From the NCBI GenBank assembly GCA_028023455.1, contig JAQFVV010000008.1, positions 14,694,001 through 14,758,000 of the forward strand: 64,000 bases of DNA, given 5' to 3'. Source of the DNA: Epiperipatus broadwayi. Lineage: Eukaryota > Animalia > Onychophora. The notes below the pieces were generated by a model, which saw only the letters and a program-made list of their open reading frames with translations, made no database searches and was not told the DNA's origin. A program made the position numbers and the translations under genes. This document shows positions 37,801 to 51,787 of the stretch, piece after piece (the stretch's first letter is position 1; every line of letters starts with the position of its first letter).

Positions 37801-40174
37801 TCAATTAATACATGGAAATTAAAATAGTAATTATCAACTCAAAAGTGATTGGGTAACAATTATCAGTGATAACTAGTTGCATAATACAATACAGAATACA
37901 ATATTAAATATGCCTAGATTTAATCAAAATTTGGTTTTACCTTCTGTGATCATTTAGTAATTGCAACTTTACCAAAAAGATATCAAAAAATAATAATAAA
38001 ATAACATTTATCTTAAATGATTTTACCTTCCTTGTGATCACTTTTTAACATAAACATATACTTAAATCTAAATACTACTGCAAATCTTTCTTGTTTCATG
38101 AGCAAGTCAGCTTCTGGACTTATGAATATTAAATATACATAGAATTATAATAACATACACATTAAAAAATAATAGATAATGTTTCTTCATGTTTCTTTTG
38201 CAAAGAAAGGAAAAACTTGAACATAACAATTTAAAACTGCAGAATTATTTGAAAGCCTTATAATGTCCTTTGTTGTTTAGTAATATCATAATTACTTTGC
38301 ATTTCTCATTGCATTTTTCTTCCATAAATATTATGATTAACTTCTTTTTCTTCTTGTATGCACCAATTGAATTATAAAAAGACATCAACTTCTGTTTTTA
38401 ACTTCTAATACATAACTAACATGGAAAATTATCATCATTATAACTTTTGTTATTTATCACAAATATTTGTTAATATGTATGTATTTTCAATATATTTTAT
38501 TAGGATCATAACTTTGTGAATATGATGAGTAAACATTTATTAATCAATTATTACTAATCATATGGATATTGCCAAATCATTACAGAATTACAATCTTTCC
38601 TGTTTCTTTCAAAAACTTTTAATGCTTTTAAATTAGAAGAAAATACAATGCTCAAGTGAATGTTGATTTCAATTATTATTGCTGTATATAATTATTTAAT
38701 TTTAAGGCATAATTTAGTTATCCAGTAAATATTCTATTGTACTTTTAAAATTTACAATATTATTAAAATGATGAATTATAAATTTGGAATTAAGATGAAC
38801 TGTGAATAATATTGGAAAAATAATATTATTTTATTTAATAATCATAACAATTCCCTCCCCCTAAATCTGAGATAATTTATGACATTTAATATTAAGAATT
38901 TCAATAAAATACTTCTGAGAACTTTAGCATTTGTAGTATATTTGTTCACAATTCATGAAACTTAGACTGATGTGAGTTATTATATGCTAATCTTAACATA
39001 ATAAAATAATTTTAATTATTTTCAGCATATTCTGTAATGACTAGTTTAAAATAACATTCCATTTAATAAAAGCATTTTATGAGTGTACTAGGAAAATTAT
39101 TCAGCAATTAAAGTCAGATATAACTTTTAATATAGTTTTCTTTTAATTTTCCTTTATGAAAGTTCCAAAATTAGTTTTTATCACAATTTTAAATTCATAA
39201 TAGCAACATTTATTATGCATTTTGTTGTTATAAATGAAATACTTATAATGCGATTTATAAAAATTAATGCTTACAAATTCCTTATCCTTATAGTTGAATT
39301 TATCCTTGGTTAATCATTTCTTGTTTCAGCTTTGGTTTTATTCGTGAATTACCATTTTCAAATTATCAGTTGATAGTCAGAATGTGTTCTTTTATGAATG
39401 CGGGTACTTTAGGATTTACTCCACGGTTTATTAGTTAATAATAACAAATAATTTGTACTTTTTACTACAGAAAATAATAAATTTCAAACAATTTATATAC
39501 TTTAAACAATAGATAGATTTCCTTGCCAGTCAGAAATGATCTCCATATTCTTTTAAAATTTTTCCCCTTCTTAAAGTTTTCATGAGCTAATTTATAAACT
39601 TTCAACCAAAAGGCAAACTGTAAATCAATAAACCAATCAGATTTTTGATTTTCAGTAGAGAGATTTTCCTAAAATTAACAAATCTCAATCTTTAAACTTG
39701 ATTATAATCAATTGAACTCTTTACTAATATTTTAGAATATAGTAAAAAAAAAATTTAATGATTAATTATTGTTTAGTTTAAAATGACTCCAATTTTAAGT
39801 TTGTTTATAGATTATTATTTAATAGTAAAAAAACATTAAAATAATTGTATGGTTTTATTTAAAATAATATTAAATTATTATAACATAATATTGAAACTAA
39901 TTTATCTGTCAGATTGTATTATGTAAGCACACCCACACCCAATTTGGCAGAGAGCTGACATATATGTTGGACAATCTGATTATTTACTACTCTATAAAGA
40001 CTTATTTACTAAGTTTATATATTTTCAACCACTAAAATTAATAACTATTAGACCACATTGCTAATTCAAATAACAGATTTAAATAATTAAGATTACAATT
40101 GATTAAAATTTAAAATTTTTATTTAATAGACTGATAAATATGGTTTGATGAACATCAAGCCTAACTATATGATT

Positions 40175-40178
<4 letters not shown>

Positions 40179-40219
<41 letters not shown>

Positions 40220-40225
40220 TATATA

Positions 40226-40257
<32 letters not shown>
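40179..40257. repeat. Interrupted (TA)n microsatellite
   Basis: Direct reading. Confidence 0.9.
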
Positions 40258-40260
<3 letters not shown>

Positions 40261-40364
40261 AGGATAACAACAAAGACTTAATAAATCAATAGAATATCCA
40301 TAAAAACAAACAAACTCCTTTTTAAAACTTGCTTTTTATATGACTATTATAGTGACAAAGAAAT

Positions 40365-40401
40365 TCAAAATTTCGACTATTTCATATAGTCTTTTTCAAG
40401 G
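40365..40401 (-). ncRNA. Degenerate minimal hammerhead in the left PLE arm
   Basis: Minus strand: cc-TTGAAAAA-GACTAT atgaa ATAGTC-GAAA-ttt. Stem II perfect, stem III and cleavage triplet lost. Confidence 0.5.
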
Positions 40402-41659
40402 TACACTAGAATAAAATATATATATACTAATAAATATCACATATTCAAAAAAATAAATAAATAAATAAATAAAAAAATAAAAATATTAAATTAAAAATTA
40501 CAAAATATATTCATAACAAAAATTTACCTTATCTCCCACTCTCTTTTTTCTATTACAAACAATCACAACCTAAACACAAACATTTTATTCTATTTTTTTA
40601 AAAAATCTATATATATATGAAAACATTTAATTAAAAATCTTTCTTTTCTCTCTCTTTTTTCATTAACATCCTATTTAATTCTGGTTTTATTTCATTAAAG
40701 TACATACTTTCCTTTATCATCCTTTCATTGTATAATAAAGATAAAGGGGTAAAATTAAAAATTGAGGGTTTTTTTTAATATGATATATTAGTGATTTGTT
40801 GTAAGAACCTTATTTTTAAATATGGGGATGGATTTTATAAGCAAAAAGAGGGTTTAAGTATGGATAATAGTCTAAGTGGTTTTTTGGCAGGAATATATAT
40901 GTATAAGTTTGAAGAGCAATTTTTTAATAATAGTAGGAATAAACCAATTTTTTATGTTAGATATGTTGATGATTATTTTATGGTTTTCAATGGTAATAAA
41001 AAAATGCAGATAATTTTTTGAATTATATTAATGGTAGAGTTGAAAAAATAAAGTTTCTATGGAAAAAGAATATACTAATGTTATTGAATATATGGATGTT
41101 AGAATTTTTAAAACAATTTATAAGAATGGTAGTGTTATTATAGAAACATCTGTGTTTAGAAAATAAACATTTTTTGGATTATCAAATAATTGGTTTTTAG
41201 ATATTGATAATCATAGTAAAATTAATATTGTTAATAATAAAATTATTAGGGCAGTTAAGTTATGCTGAAATAGTAATTTGTTTGAGAATGAGATTGATAT
41301 TATTAGGAATGAATGTTTTATAAATGATTATCCTAGGGGTGTAGTTGAACATTTATTTTCTGATAAAAATATAAATAAAATAAGAAATGGAATGGGATTA
41401 GATAGGAATAGAGAAAAAATTATTTATGTTGGTTTTAATATATCTAAAGATTTATTTATTAAAGTTAAGAAATTTGTTAAAATGATTAATAGGAAATATA
41501 ATGTTTCAATTTGTCCAGTTTATAAAAAGAAAATAAGTTTAAATTTTTTAATTAATAATTATGGGGATTATAATAGGTTAGACATTATAAATTCAGTTTA
41601 TTTGATAAAATGTTTGAATTGTTTTAGAAAGAATGTAGAAATGACATATGTTGGGACTA

Positions 41660-42082
41660 TCAAGCATCACAAGATCACATCTCCAATACTAGCACATAAT
41701 TGTTTATAAACAAAGCAAAGCAAAACTCCAAAGACACCAAAATATATGAGTGCTGAACTGAGTTCAGACCCATATGACTATATAGGCTATTGAGCTTAGA
41801 TTGAAAATATTTTTTGTGTTTTCAATTTCATGCTCATAGTTTTGTAGTTAAGTAGAGATAAAAGGTGGTTGCTAGAGGGTTGCATTAGATCCTAAGATCT
41901 AGATGCAGTGCTCTCAGATCCAAAGCTCCTCACTGACGAAGGCCACAAACCAGAAACTAGTCTGGGGATATTGGATGAGTAGGCATTAGATAGGGATTTT
42001 ATGCACAAGCCTTCTGCAATCCATTGATTACTCTGCTTAGCACAGGTGGCACTACTATATGGAGTTTTGCTTTGCTTTGTTT
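41660..42082 (+). mobile_element. Hammerhead-family insertion inside the PLE GIY-YIG domain
   Basis: 14-bp TSD ATATGTTGGGACTA at 41646-41659 and 42083-42096. Inverted tail 41660-41730 (aaacaaagcaaagcaaaactcca pairs with 42060-42082). Body matches ~7590-7936. Confidence 0.85.
41928..41967 (+). ncRNA. Type I hammerhead ribozyme motif
   Basis: cctca-CTGACGA-a-GG ccacaaa CC-a-GAAAC-ta-GTC-tgggg. Palindromic ACTAGT stem III. Extended stem I atccaa/ttggat. Confidence 0.72.
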
Positions 42083-42530
42083 ATATGTTGGGACTAGTAA
42101 GAATAAATTAAAAACTAGGTTAAAACAGCATTTAGGTGATAAAAATTCTGCTGTTTACATTCACATGAATAAATTTAAGCATGGGGATTTTGAAATAAAC
42201 CCTTTGGAATGTATTAAGTCATACAATGAAAGGATGATAAAGAAAAGTATATACATTAATGAAATAAGACCAGAATTAAATAGGTTGTTAATGGAAAAAG
42301 AGAAAATAAAATAATAGGTTTTTAATTAAATGTTTTAAAGGATATATATAGATTTTTTTTAAAAAAGTAAAAAATAAAATAAAATGTTTGTGTTTAGGTT
42401 GTGATTGTTTGTAATAGAAAAAGGAGAATGGAAGATAAGGTAAATTTTTTGGTTATGAATATATTTTGTAATTTTTAATTTTTTTTGGAATATGTGATAT
42501 TTATTATTATATATATTTTATTTTAGTGTA

Positions 42531-42567
42531 CCTTGAAGAAGACTATATGAAATAGTCCAAACGTTGG
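42531..42567 (+). ncRNA. Degenerate minimal hammerhead in the right PLE arm
   Basis: cc-TTGAAGAA-GACTAT atgaa ATAGTC-cAAAC-GTT-gg. G of GAAA changed to C. Palindromic AACGTT stem III. Confidence 0.55.
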
Positions 42568-43958
42568 ATTTCTTTATCATCATTATAGTCATATAAAAAG
42601 CAAGTTTTAAAAAGGAGTTTGTTTGTTTTATTTCTATATTGGATATTTATGAACTATTTTGGAAAGAAGAACTGTGGTATTGATATATTAAATTATTTAA
42701 TATCCATAATATCTATTCTCAAGATAACCTCCAAAGATAAAAGATGAATTCCATTTTTACCCTGTTCTAAGATCTTTGAATAAACAAAGAGTGATAATGC
42801 ATAAAAAAGAATGATAACATATAAATGAAACAAATTGAGATTCAATCTGCCTAGAAGTTTTAAATAAATCCCATTCAACAGGCAAATATAAATTTCTAAG
42901 CACATTAAATCTCAACTTGTTTCAAACATGTGTTATCACTCTGTGTCTATTTAAAATTTTTAAATTGTGGTTAAAGATGGAATCGTCTTTTTTTTTTTTT
43001 TTATTTAAAGTAAAATCTTTATTAAAAAACAAAAATTATATACATATATTTTAAATTACAGATCTTCAGACTTTTTTATATATTATTTTAAAAGTTTTTT
43101 TAATGAAGTAATACGTTTTTGAGGTTTATATAATTTCTATAATTCACATGGAGACAGACTAATGTTTGATCAATTTTTTTCTGTTATTTTTTGGGGGCTG
43201 TATCTGATAGTTATTAAAGTATTTATTTCAATCATTGTCAAGTTCTTTTAATCAATTATATTATTTATTATCAAAAATCATTTCACATCTTATTATCCAT
43301 ATAGTTTTTAGTTTTTAAATATTTTAATATTGTTTATTTTCCTTTTTACATTTATGTATGGTGCATGAAGTACTTTTGATCTTAATAGTTTAAGTGCTAC
43401 ATATTCTTTGAACAAGTAAAAGAAGGTTCCCTCTTTCATCTTACAAAAAATAAATGAAGGCTCCGAATTCATTTTTTAGTAACATAATAAACTTTACATA
43501 ATTTGTAACTTTTTTATTAAGCCCTCAGTTAATGCTTTTTGTGTTTTATTATAATATTCAATAGACACAAAAGCTCTTTGGGGAGGAGCACTATGCTTTA
43601 TGGTAGCAATTAAATTGTAATTATTAAGTATTTTTATATATTTGTTAAGATCAGACTTATCTAGAATGTGTTCATAATTATTATCCATCTTTTATGTGTA
43701 GCGGTTACCGTGATAACAGATTGTGGATGCTTTATTGATTTATTAATCTTGGATTATTGTGGTATGAATTACATTTGGAATCTGGTTATTACTGACAAGT
43801 TATTGTTAATGTATATAAATTTGAGCGATGTGCTGCAGCTAAAAACTAAAATGGAGATCATAATTATAACAATTATAGTTGATAGGGAACTACTGAATAG
43901 ATAATTAACTATAAACTTTGTATTTTTTTGTACAAATTTTGGAAATGTTTATCATATT

Positions 43959-44139
43959 CAGTGGCACAACTATCATAAAGTAAACCAAAGCATTGCTATG
44001 GGCCCCTGAGTTTTAGAGATTATTTTATTGGTGATTATTAAATTAAAAGATGGTAAATAAAAATGTTATGGTATATGTTAAAAATATTAAAGGAGAGCCC
44101 TTTTTTTAAAAGAGTCCCAAAAGTCTAGCTGTGGCACTG
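43959..44139. mobile_element. Small hAT-type MITE (181 bp)
   Basis: TIRs CAGTGGCACAACTA / CAGTGCCACAGCTA (rc). Degenerate 8-bp TSD ATCATATT / GTCATATC. Confidence 0.6.
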
Positions 44140-44769
44140 GTCATATCCATCATTGAAATACTTAATATCTGCTATAATCTATTATCATAAAACTTCTAAA
44201 TAGACTAACACTTAATTTAAAAACGATCATAAACTGTTCTTATCTGTTATACAATGACAAACTGTTTCATTTGGTAATCACTTTTTTTTTGTTAAACAAG
44301 TTATTTATTTTAATTTAAAGCACTTCACTGCTTTCCGTTTATGGCCACTAGCCTCCTCTGCAAAAGTGTCAGAGAGATGATTATCTGCCTCGGATTTTTA
44401 TTACTTTTGTCCTCACTTCAGAATCATAACAATGATAATTTAGAATAACCAAATATGTTTTAAACGTAATCTACTTATTCTATAAATACAAATTGATACC
44501 AGAACATATTTTTAAGTGATTAATTATTTAATTAACTTTTCTGATTAATTAAGCCTCTAGATATAATAAAAAAGTTTAACTTTTATTATAGTGATTTGCA
44601 TTAAACAATTCGATTAATTTGTCAAAACTATTAATCTGAGTCCTAAACAAATAGAACCCAATTTTACAAAAATTAAAATAGATACAACATCTATGCGTAA
44701 TAAAAATTATCTTCATATATTTCCAAATAAATTTCAACAAAAAATATCTTTAATTAAATATGCTGTTAA

Positions 44770-47700
44770 TTGAAAGGAGACCATTTGATTCCTCTTGGAG
44801 GCCTTAAAGGAACCGAGCAGGGGTATCCACTCCATATGTTTTTATCGTATCGTTGCAGCTGTTATTATTATGTGCTTATTCATATACTATACGAACATAG
44901 ACGGGCTGCTCACCAATACGCATTAGCCAGTGTGGTGAGTTTATTGGCCTTTTACCTCTGAGTTTAAGATCAAGAAACATCCTGGTCTTTCTTATCATTT
45001 GCCCGGTTAGGCAGAATGAGTGTGAATGATAAAAAATCTTCTAATAGATATATACAATCATGACGTCAAAAATTAATCGTGGCCTTTATTCTCAGGAGGC
45101 TATAAAATCGTCAGCCACGGCTGCAGTTGTGGAAGGAGAATAGTGTTAGGAATCTTCTGATTGTGGACCCAGATTGCCATTTGATGATGACTTTTTATTT
45201 AGATATTTACAACTGCAGATCAGTGAAAGAAGATTACAAGCACTTAAAAAAGAACTGTCTTGTATTAAATGGAACATTATTGGACTTTGTGAAGTTAAAA
45301 GAAAAGTTGAAGAGACAATTGATTTAAAAACTGGACTTTGAAGTACAAGTGAAGTAGAATTCATTATAAATAAAAAGTGAAAAAACAACATTGTGGCAAT
45401 TGGTGGTGTATCAGACAGAATGGCAAGATTAGTTATTCAACTTAATAGCATATATCAAATATAGATAATTCAATCTCATAGTGATGAAGTAGTAGAAGAT
45501 GAATGTACAAAAAGCTTTTGATCAGACTAAGCAATATTTTAAAATTGCTATGGGAGACTTTAATGCTAGATTGATAAACAAATGAAAGATGAAAGTGCTG
45601 TAAATAAATTTGGTTATGGTAATAGAAATTAGAGAGGACAAAGACTTGTGATGTGTGCAGAAAAAGAAAAACTTTATATTATGAATTATTTTTTCGAGAA
45701 AAATGTTAGAAAGGAAATGGACATGAAAGCATCCAAATGAAGGTACAGCAGAATTGGATTACATTTTGACTAACAGAAAATACATATTTCAAGCTTTTAA
45801 TAAATTCAATACAGGAAGTGATTTTCAATTAGTAAGATGTAAGATATCAAGTTAATGCAAGACTAGAGAGACAAAAATTATTAAAAAAAAAACAATATTT
45901 ACAATTGATATTTTTTATCTTCAGAAACATTCTAATGAATTTAAATTAGAACTTGCAAATCATTTTCAAATATTAGCAGATTTTGAACATGATTCAGATT
46001 TGAATGAAATTAATAGGAAAATAACTGACACCCTTTCAAAAACTGCAGCAAAGATAGCTGGTAAAAAAGCAGCAATTGACCAATAAAATTTCTACTGAGA
46101 CTAGAGAATTTATGAAGAAAAGAAGTGTATAAAGATATATAAAAATAATGCATTAAGAAGGATTGAATATCTTGAATTTTGTAAAATGGTGCAAAAAAGA
46201 ATTGATAATGATATAAGAAAGTATAATTGTGAACAAGCAAGCTGTAGAAAAAAATAAAAGTCTCAAGAGTGTAAAACAACATTTTGCTATTGGTATGAAA
46301 CTTATATCTGCAATAAGAACTATTACTAAAAAGAGAGATGATATCATGAAATGGGTAAAAAAACTTCTATCAAGAATTATATATCACTAAAAAACAAATA
46401 TCTCCTACATCTAGTATATTTTCTGAATTACCTAGTATTTTAAATGAAAAAGTGAGACATGCAATTAAATTTATGAAGAATGAGAAAGCTCCAGACAATG
46501 ATGGAATTATAATTGATATATTAAAAGCACACGAAGAAATTGACATTTTTTTTTTTTGCAAAGTTATATACCAAATATCTACATGATAAAGATGTACCAG
46601 ATGATTGGAAGAATGCAGCATTAATATTAATATTTAAAAAAGGTGATAAAGAAGATATTAGAAATTACAGACCTATCAGCCTTTTATCAGTTTTATACAA
46701 ATTTTTTACTAAAACAATTATAGAGAACATTGGATTTCAACCAATCAAAAGAACAAGCTGGATTTAAAAGTGGTTTTAGTACAAGTGATCATATCCAAGT
46801 ATTAAGAGAAGTTATAGAAAGGATCAGTAAATATGAATTGCCATTATTCTTTGGATTTGTAGATTATGAAAAGGCATTTAACTCTATAAGCATTTCTTCA
46901 GTCATTAGAACATTGGATCATCAAATTATAGACACAGGATAACGTCATATTCTGAAAAATATTTATAAAAATGTAACAGCAACACTTATATTGCATAATG
47001 ATATTAGGAAGGTTAACATTGAGAGGAGTGCAAGACAAGATGACTCCATATCTGCAAAACTTTTTACAGCTGTGCTGCAAGAAGTATTTTGTGAATTAAA
47101 ATGGGAAACTAAAGAGGTAAAAATAAATGTAGATTATTTAAATCATTTAGATTTTCCAGATGATGTAGTTGTTTTTGCAAACAATGCTTTAGAACTTCAG
47201 GAAATGTTGCAAGAGTTATCAGATGAAAGTAAGAAAGTAGCACTAAAGATAAATGTTAAAAAGACTAAAATAATATTCATTGCATTTTCTCAAAAGATGA
47301 AAATAAAGATCAATTATGATGAGTTAGAAGAAGCTAACAACTACTAGTACTTTGGTCAGATTAATACTGCAAATGGAAGCATAATGGATGAAATTAATTA
47401 TAGAATTAAACTTGGTTGGAGTGCTTTTGGTAGATATGTTTGAAAAGGAATGTTTTTAATAAATGTGTTTTACTAATTGTTACTTTTGGATCTGAGACTT
47501 GGACACTTAATAGAAGAGCATTACAAAGATCTCAGACTACTCAAAGAAGTATGGAGAGATGCATGTTAGGAGAAACAAGAAGAAAACAAAAATGCAATAT
47601 ATGGGTAAGAGAACAAACAGGTGTTAGTGACATTGTTGGAAAAAATTAAAAGACTGAAGTGGAGTTGGCTGGACATATTAAAAGAGATGATAATAGATGA

Positions 47701-47894
47701 AAAATTGAAATCTTAAACTAGATTCAAGAGATTGCAAAAGACCCAGAAAGAGACCATATGTGAGATGGATTGATGAAATAAGAAAATATGCAGGGGTGAT
47801 GTGGAGAAGAGAGGCTAGAGATCGGAAAAGATGGAATGAACTTGGGAGAGACCTTCATCCTGTAGAGGATTGATAATGGTTGACAATGATGATG
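44770..47894 (+). mobile_element. Near full-length decayed RTE-clade LINE (APE-RT pseudogene)
   Basis: [91 protein letters not shown]. Short (GAT)n end. Many stops and frameshifts. Confidence 0.85.
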
Positions 47895-50800
47895 TAAGTA
47901 AATTTTATCAAATAAAATTTTAAAATATGCTTAAATAAATCTAGTCAATAATGATGAAATAGTGTATTATGAAACAAACTTTTGAGATTATATGTTAAAA
48001 AAAATATGCAGATAATTATTTGAAATCTGTTCTAGTTTCTTAGGATTATTCTCAAAAAAATGAAGTCACAATTTAACTGTTACTTTTTTTTAAACATGTA
48101 CAGAATTCTCTTAAAATAAAATTTTACAGATTTCTTAACCATAAACAAATAGTGATTATAAAAAACACTGCTGGTTTAGATCAAATCTGGGATTAATTGC
48201 TTTCAATATTCTTAGAAAAAAATAATCTTTCATAGCTGTAAAATACTATTTAAAGATTTCAGTGCTACATAATGTAAACTTGAGTATTTATTGATTACCA
48301 TATACATTTAAACTTCTAACCCTAAATCATTTTCTGATGCTTGTCTTTATAAATGAGACTTGGGATTAAAACCTGAAAGTATTCCAATATGTATGCAGAA
48401 GCTATCTGTAACTCTATTTTATCTATTAAATTAAAAACTTCAATTTGATTAGCAATTATACATATTTAATTCCAGGCCAGTAACGATATATGTTATTACT
48501 CTCAGTTCTTTATTAACAATAAGTGTCTTTCTCTTTGGTTAGAAATGTTAACAATAAGAAATCGTTTAATCTTTGACTTGGTAAAGGTAGTTGTCAGCTA
48601 CTATAATTTTGCATAATAATTTCTAGCTTTGAATTTTGTGTCTCACTGATAAAAGAAAAAAAACAGGAACTGATCTAAAAATGAGGGTTTAAATAAATTT
48701 GTTGATCAGTAATTATTCAAACTTAAGAAAATCGACTTTAAAATAGAGAAGCTACTCTTACTTTATCATATCGTATGAATCGAGAAGATATACTGTTTTG
48801 TTCTTACTATTAAAATTTTCTAGTCAAGAGAAAAAGGCATCTATAATTTATTTATAGAGGCTTAATATTACCTTTAATAAATCTATCTTTTGGTTGGAAT
48901 CCCTACGATTCCTTTAAGATATTTGTTAATGGTTAAGCTGTCTATATATAAAACACTAGCTAAATAAAGTGCATTTTATTGTATTATCTTAAATTTGTAA
49001 CTACATCATAAATTAATGAAAGGCCTTAGGTCATTAAAATACATTGGTAAGTTCAGTGAAAATGAAATATAACTATATTTATTTGCTGCAATTAATTTTT
49101 TTTTCTGTTAAGTTCAGTCTTTTAAATGAATGATATATATATGAAATTTCAATTATTTTCACTTTTTGGATTTTTTTTTTTTTTTCCCAAGAAGTCATTC
49201 ATCATTTCTCCACCAGCCGTACTGTCTGAATGCTTCAAGACATGCAAAAGTTAATGTTACTAATATATTAAGAAAGCAGAGAACCGTCCAAGTAATATTA
49301 ATTCAAATGGTAATAAATTTCCAAATTGTTATGACAGATACAAAAAATACAATTATTTGCCTTAAGATATGTGTGAAATTAACAATTAGATACATCTTTA
49401 TGAACTAGCTACAAGAATGTAGGCTATATTTCAAATTTTTATCTCGAGTGAAAACGACATAAATTTTATAAAGTCTCTCCCTAACAATTAAACATATATT
49501 TATATGTTAAAGATCATTAATAAACCCACATAATACTTTGTGGGTAATGATTAAACTGATTTATCCAACGTAACTTTGTATTTTTTTGAAGGTTTTAAAT
49601 ATTTAATCTGTTCACTTTAGTAAATTATTATTCTCAGAAATAATAAAAAAGGAAGTAGCTAATAAAATATGGCTTTTATAAGTTATAATAAAATGGAAAA
49701 TCTGACATTTTAGAATAATTGCTTGGCTGCAGCTAAACTGATTTCTGACTTGCATAAAAAAAACTCTAACAGAACAGAAATTAATAAAAAAACAAAGAAG
49801 ATTGAAATTTCATTTAGATAGTAAATAAATACTGTACATAAATTTTTTTTATTATCGAAAAGTATTAAAACTCTTTTACACTACATGTCAATAAGAATAC
49901 TGTATTTAAAGATCGAAATTTCATTGAGATAATAAATAAATACAGTATATAAACCATTTTCTTTATTTAAAAAAAAACAATCCCCCACATTCAACACTCC
50001 TATAAGAATATTGTATCACCTTTTAATAATATCACTTCTTCATTATTTATTGTACATAAGCAGACCATAGCTCAAGGAGTTATGTGATGTCATTCTCCCA
50101 TCACTTGTGGTGAAGATTGTAATATATCTGACTTGCACTTTCCTTTATGATCAATACTATTTATTGATTTGGAAATTACTTTATATAAGGGATACTAAAT
50201 AAGGTATTTGCTGATTAATACTAAATAACTAGTTTGTTAGTTATGGCTCTGCTATATATAAATAAAAATTGCTTTTACCTGGAAATTTTTCAACCAAGTG
50301 AAAATTTTATGCTCCATTTTTGAAATATACCTTTAGATTACAATCATGGCTAGCTACTAAACTAATCACAGCATAAATTCCTTTTTTGAGGAGGTGATAA
50401 GTAATGGCACCTGGCATATGAATGTTAAATATTATAATCTAGATAATATCTAAACATCCAGGCTTGCCTTTAAATAGAATATTTATTATATATATGATAG
50501 AATCAATAATGTTTTCATGTTTTGATTATTTCTCTTATAAAAACCATATGTGTCTTAACATTTCAGAATGTATCATATTCTGAATGACATCTACATACTC
50601 ACAAGGTTTATGGTTCAAAGTTTAATATATCTAGTGCTCAAACATTATATGATCTCTGAAGAAATCAATCACTCAATCATTATTCTATTTTCTAAATTAA
50701 ATAACTCTGATACTGAAAAAAAATACAAGGTATGGATTATGAATATTTGTAATTTTATTTTTTTATATTAACCCATTTGATGCAATTATGAAAAGCAAAT

Positions 50801-51787
50801 TTAAAAAATTTAGTCCATGAATAGATTTTGTATTTGATATTTTGAAGTCTATTGCATCTGAGGAGGCACATGTTACATATTTGTATATAAATGTATGAAA
50901 TAAATACACCATATCCAAAGTCTAGGATCACACACAATATATATATATATGTGTATGTGTGTGCATGTGTGTAATAATGAATAATATAATATTTTTATAT
51001 GTAATATTGTGGAAGAAAACTAGTATAGAATTGACACACACTCCATTACTAAATGTTTTAAAAGAATATGTGGTCCACCTATGCTTAGGGCTTATTCTTC
51101 AAATCAAGAGTTCCCAAAGTGGTCAATATCAATATCCTAGGATTGTTTTTAACTTTCTAGAGGTATATAGTTTCAATAAAAAAATTTGGGAATTGATGAC
51201 AGCAAAAATAAACCCCCTTATTACTACTATTTGTTTATTACTTCAAAATATTTATGACTCCAATAGGTGCCTAATTAAGAAGTAAAATAATTCAAAAAAT
51301 ACTTTTTTGATAAAAACACATTACATACCAAACTTGCGAATGAAAAGGTAAAAGATATAATTAAAAGGATCACACATAAGAATGCATGAAAATACATGTA
51401 GCACAAACATGTCTGTTAATTGTCTTATTAAATGTATCAAAGTGCAAATGTGGACATGAAAAACTGTTGCATGTCCAAACTTGCTCATGATGGGATGAGA
51501 CAATATTCAATATTAGCAGAATCTATCAGTCTTGTATGGTCATACTTTTATAAAACCCTATAAATTGGTTTGCATGATGTCATATGTAACTTATTTGTGA
51601 TTTGAACTTTGGATGTAATTATTTATTGAATAGCAGTACTATGAAAAATAAAATCAGAGGATACAGTTTATTGATTCGAGTTTGAAAAAAAATCTTCTGT
51701 TTCAAATAAGTACATACTTTATTGTTTTTTTTATCACAGCAGCTGTCAAAATTGTTAATAAAAGTTTTTATTTCTTATGATAATAAT

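Larger units (their letters stand above)
40301..42630 (+). mobile_element. 5'-truncated Penelope-like element with inverted terminal arms
   Basis: Arms 40301-40733 and 42221-42630 are reverse complements (diverged). RT: YKQKEGLSMDNSLSGFLAGIYM...YVRYVDDY. Thumb: RAVKLC...NDYP. GIY-YIG: VYLIKCLNC...YVG|TSKNKLKTRLKQH...SAVY.H. Confidence 0.85.

Noticed and set aside
41264-41269. In-frame TGA after RAVKLC as selenocysteine, as in some Naiad PLEs
   Set aside because: This element has a C-terminal GIY-YIG and other disabling stops; the position is normally Ser, so ordinary decay is simpler.
43494-43904. Short ORFs in a slightly GC-richer patch
   Set aside because: No motif recognised on either strand.
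44770-44840. HDV-like ribozyme at the RTE 5' end (ggagacc / ggtatcc pairing, ttcctc motif)
   Set aside because: I could not build the nested double pseudoknot in the required order.
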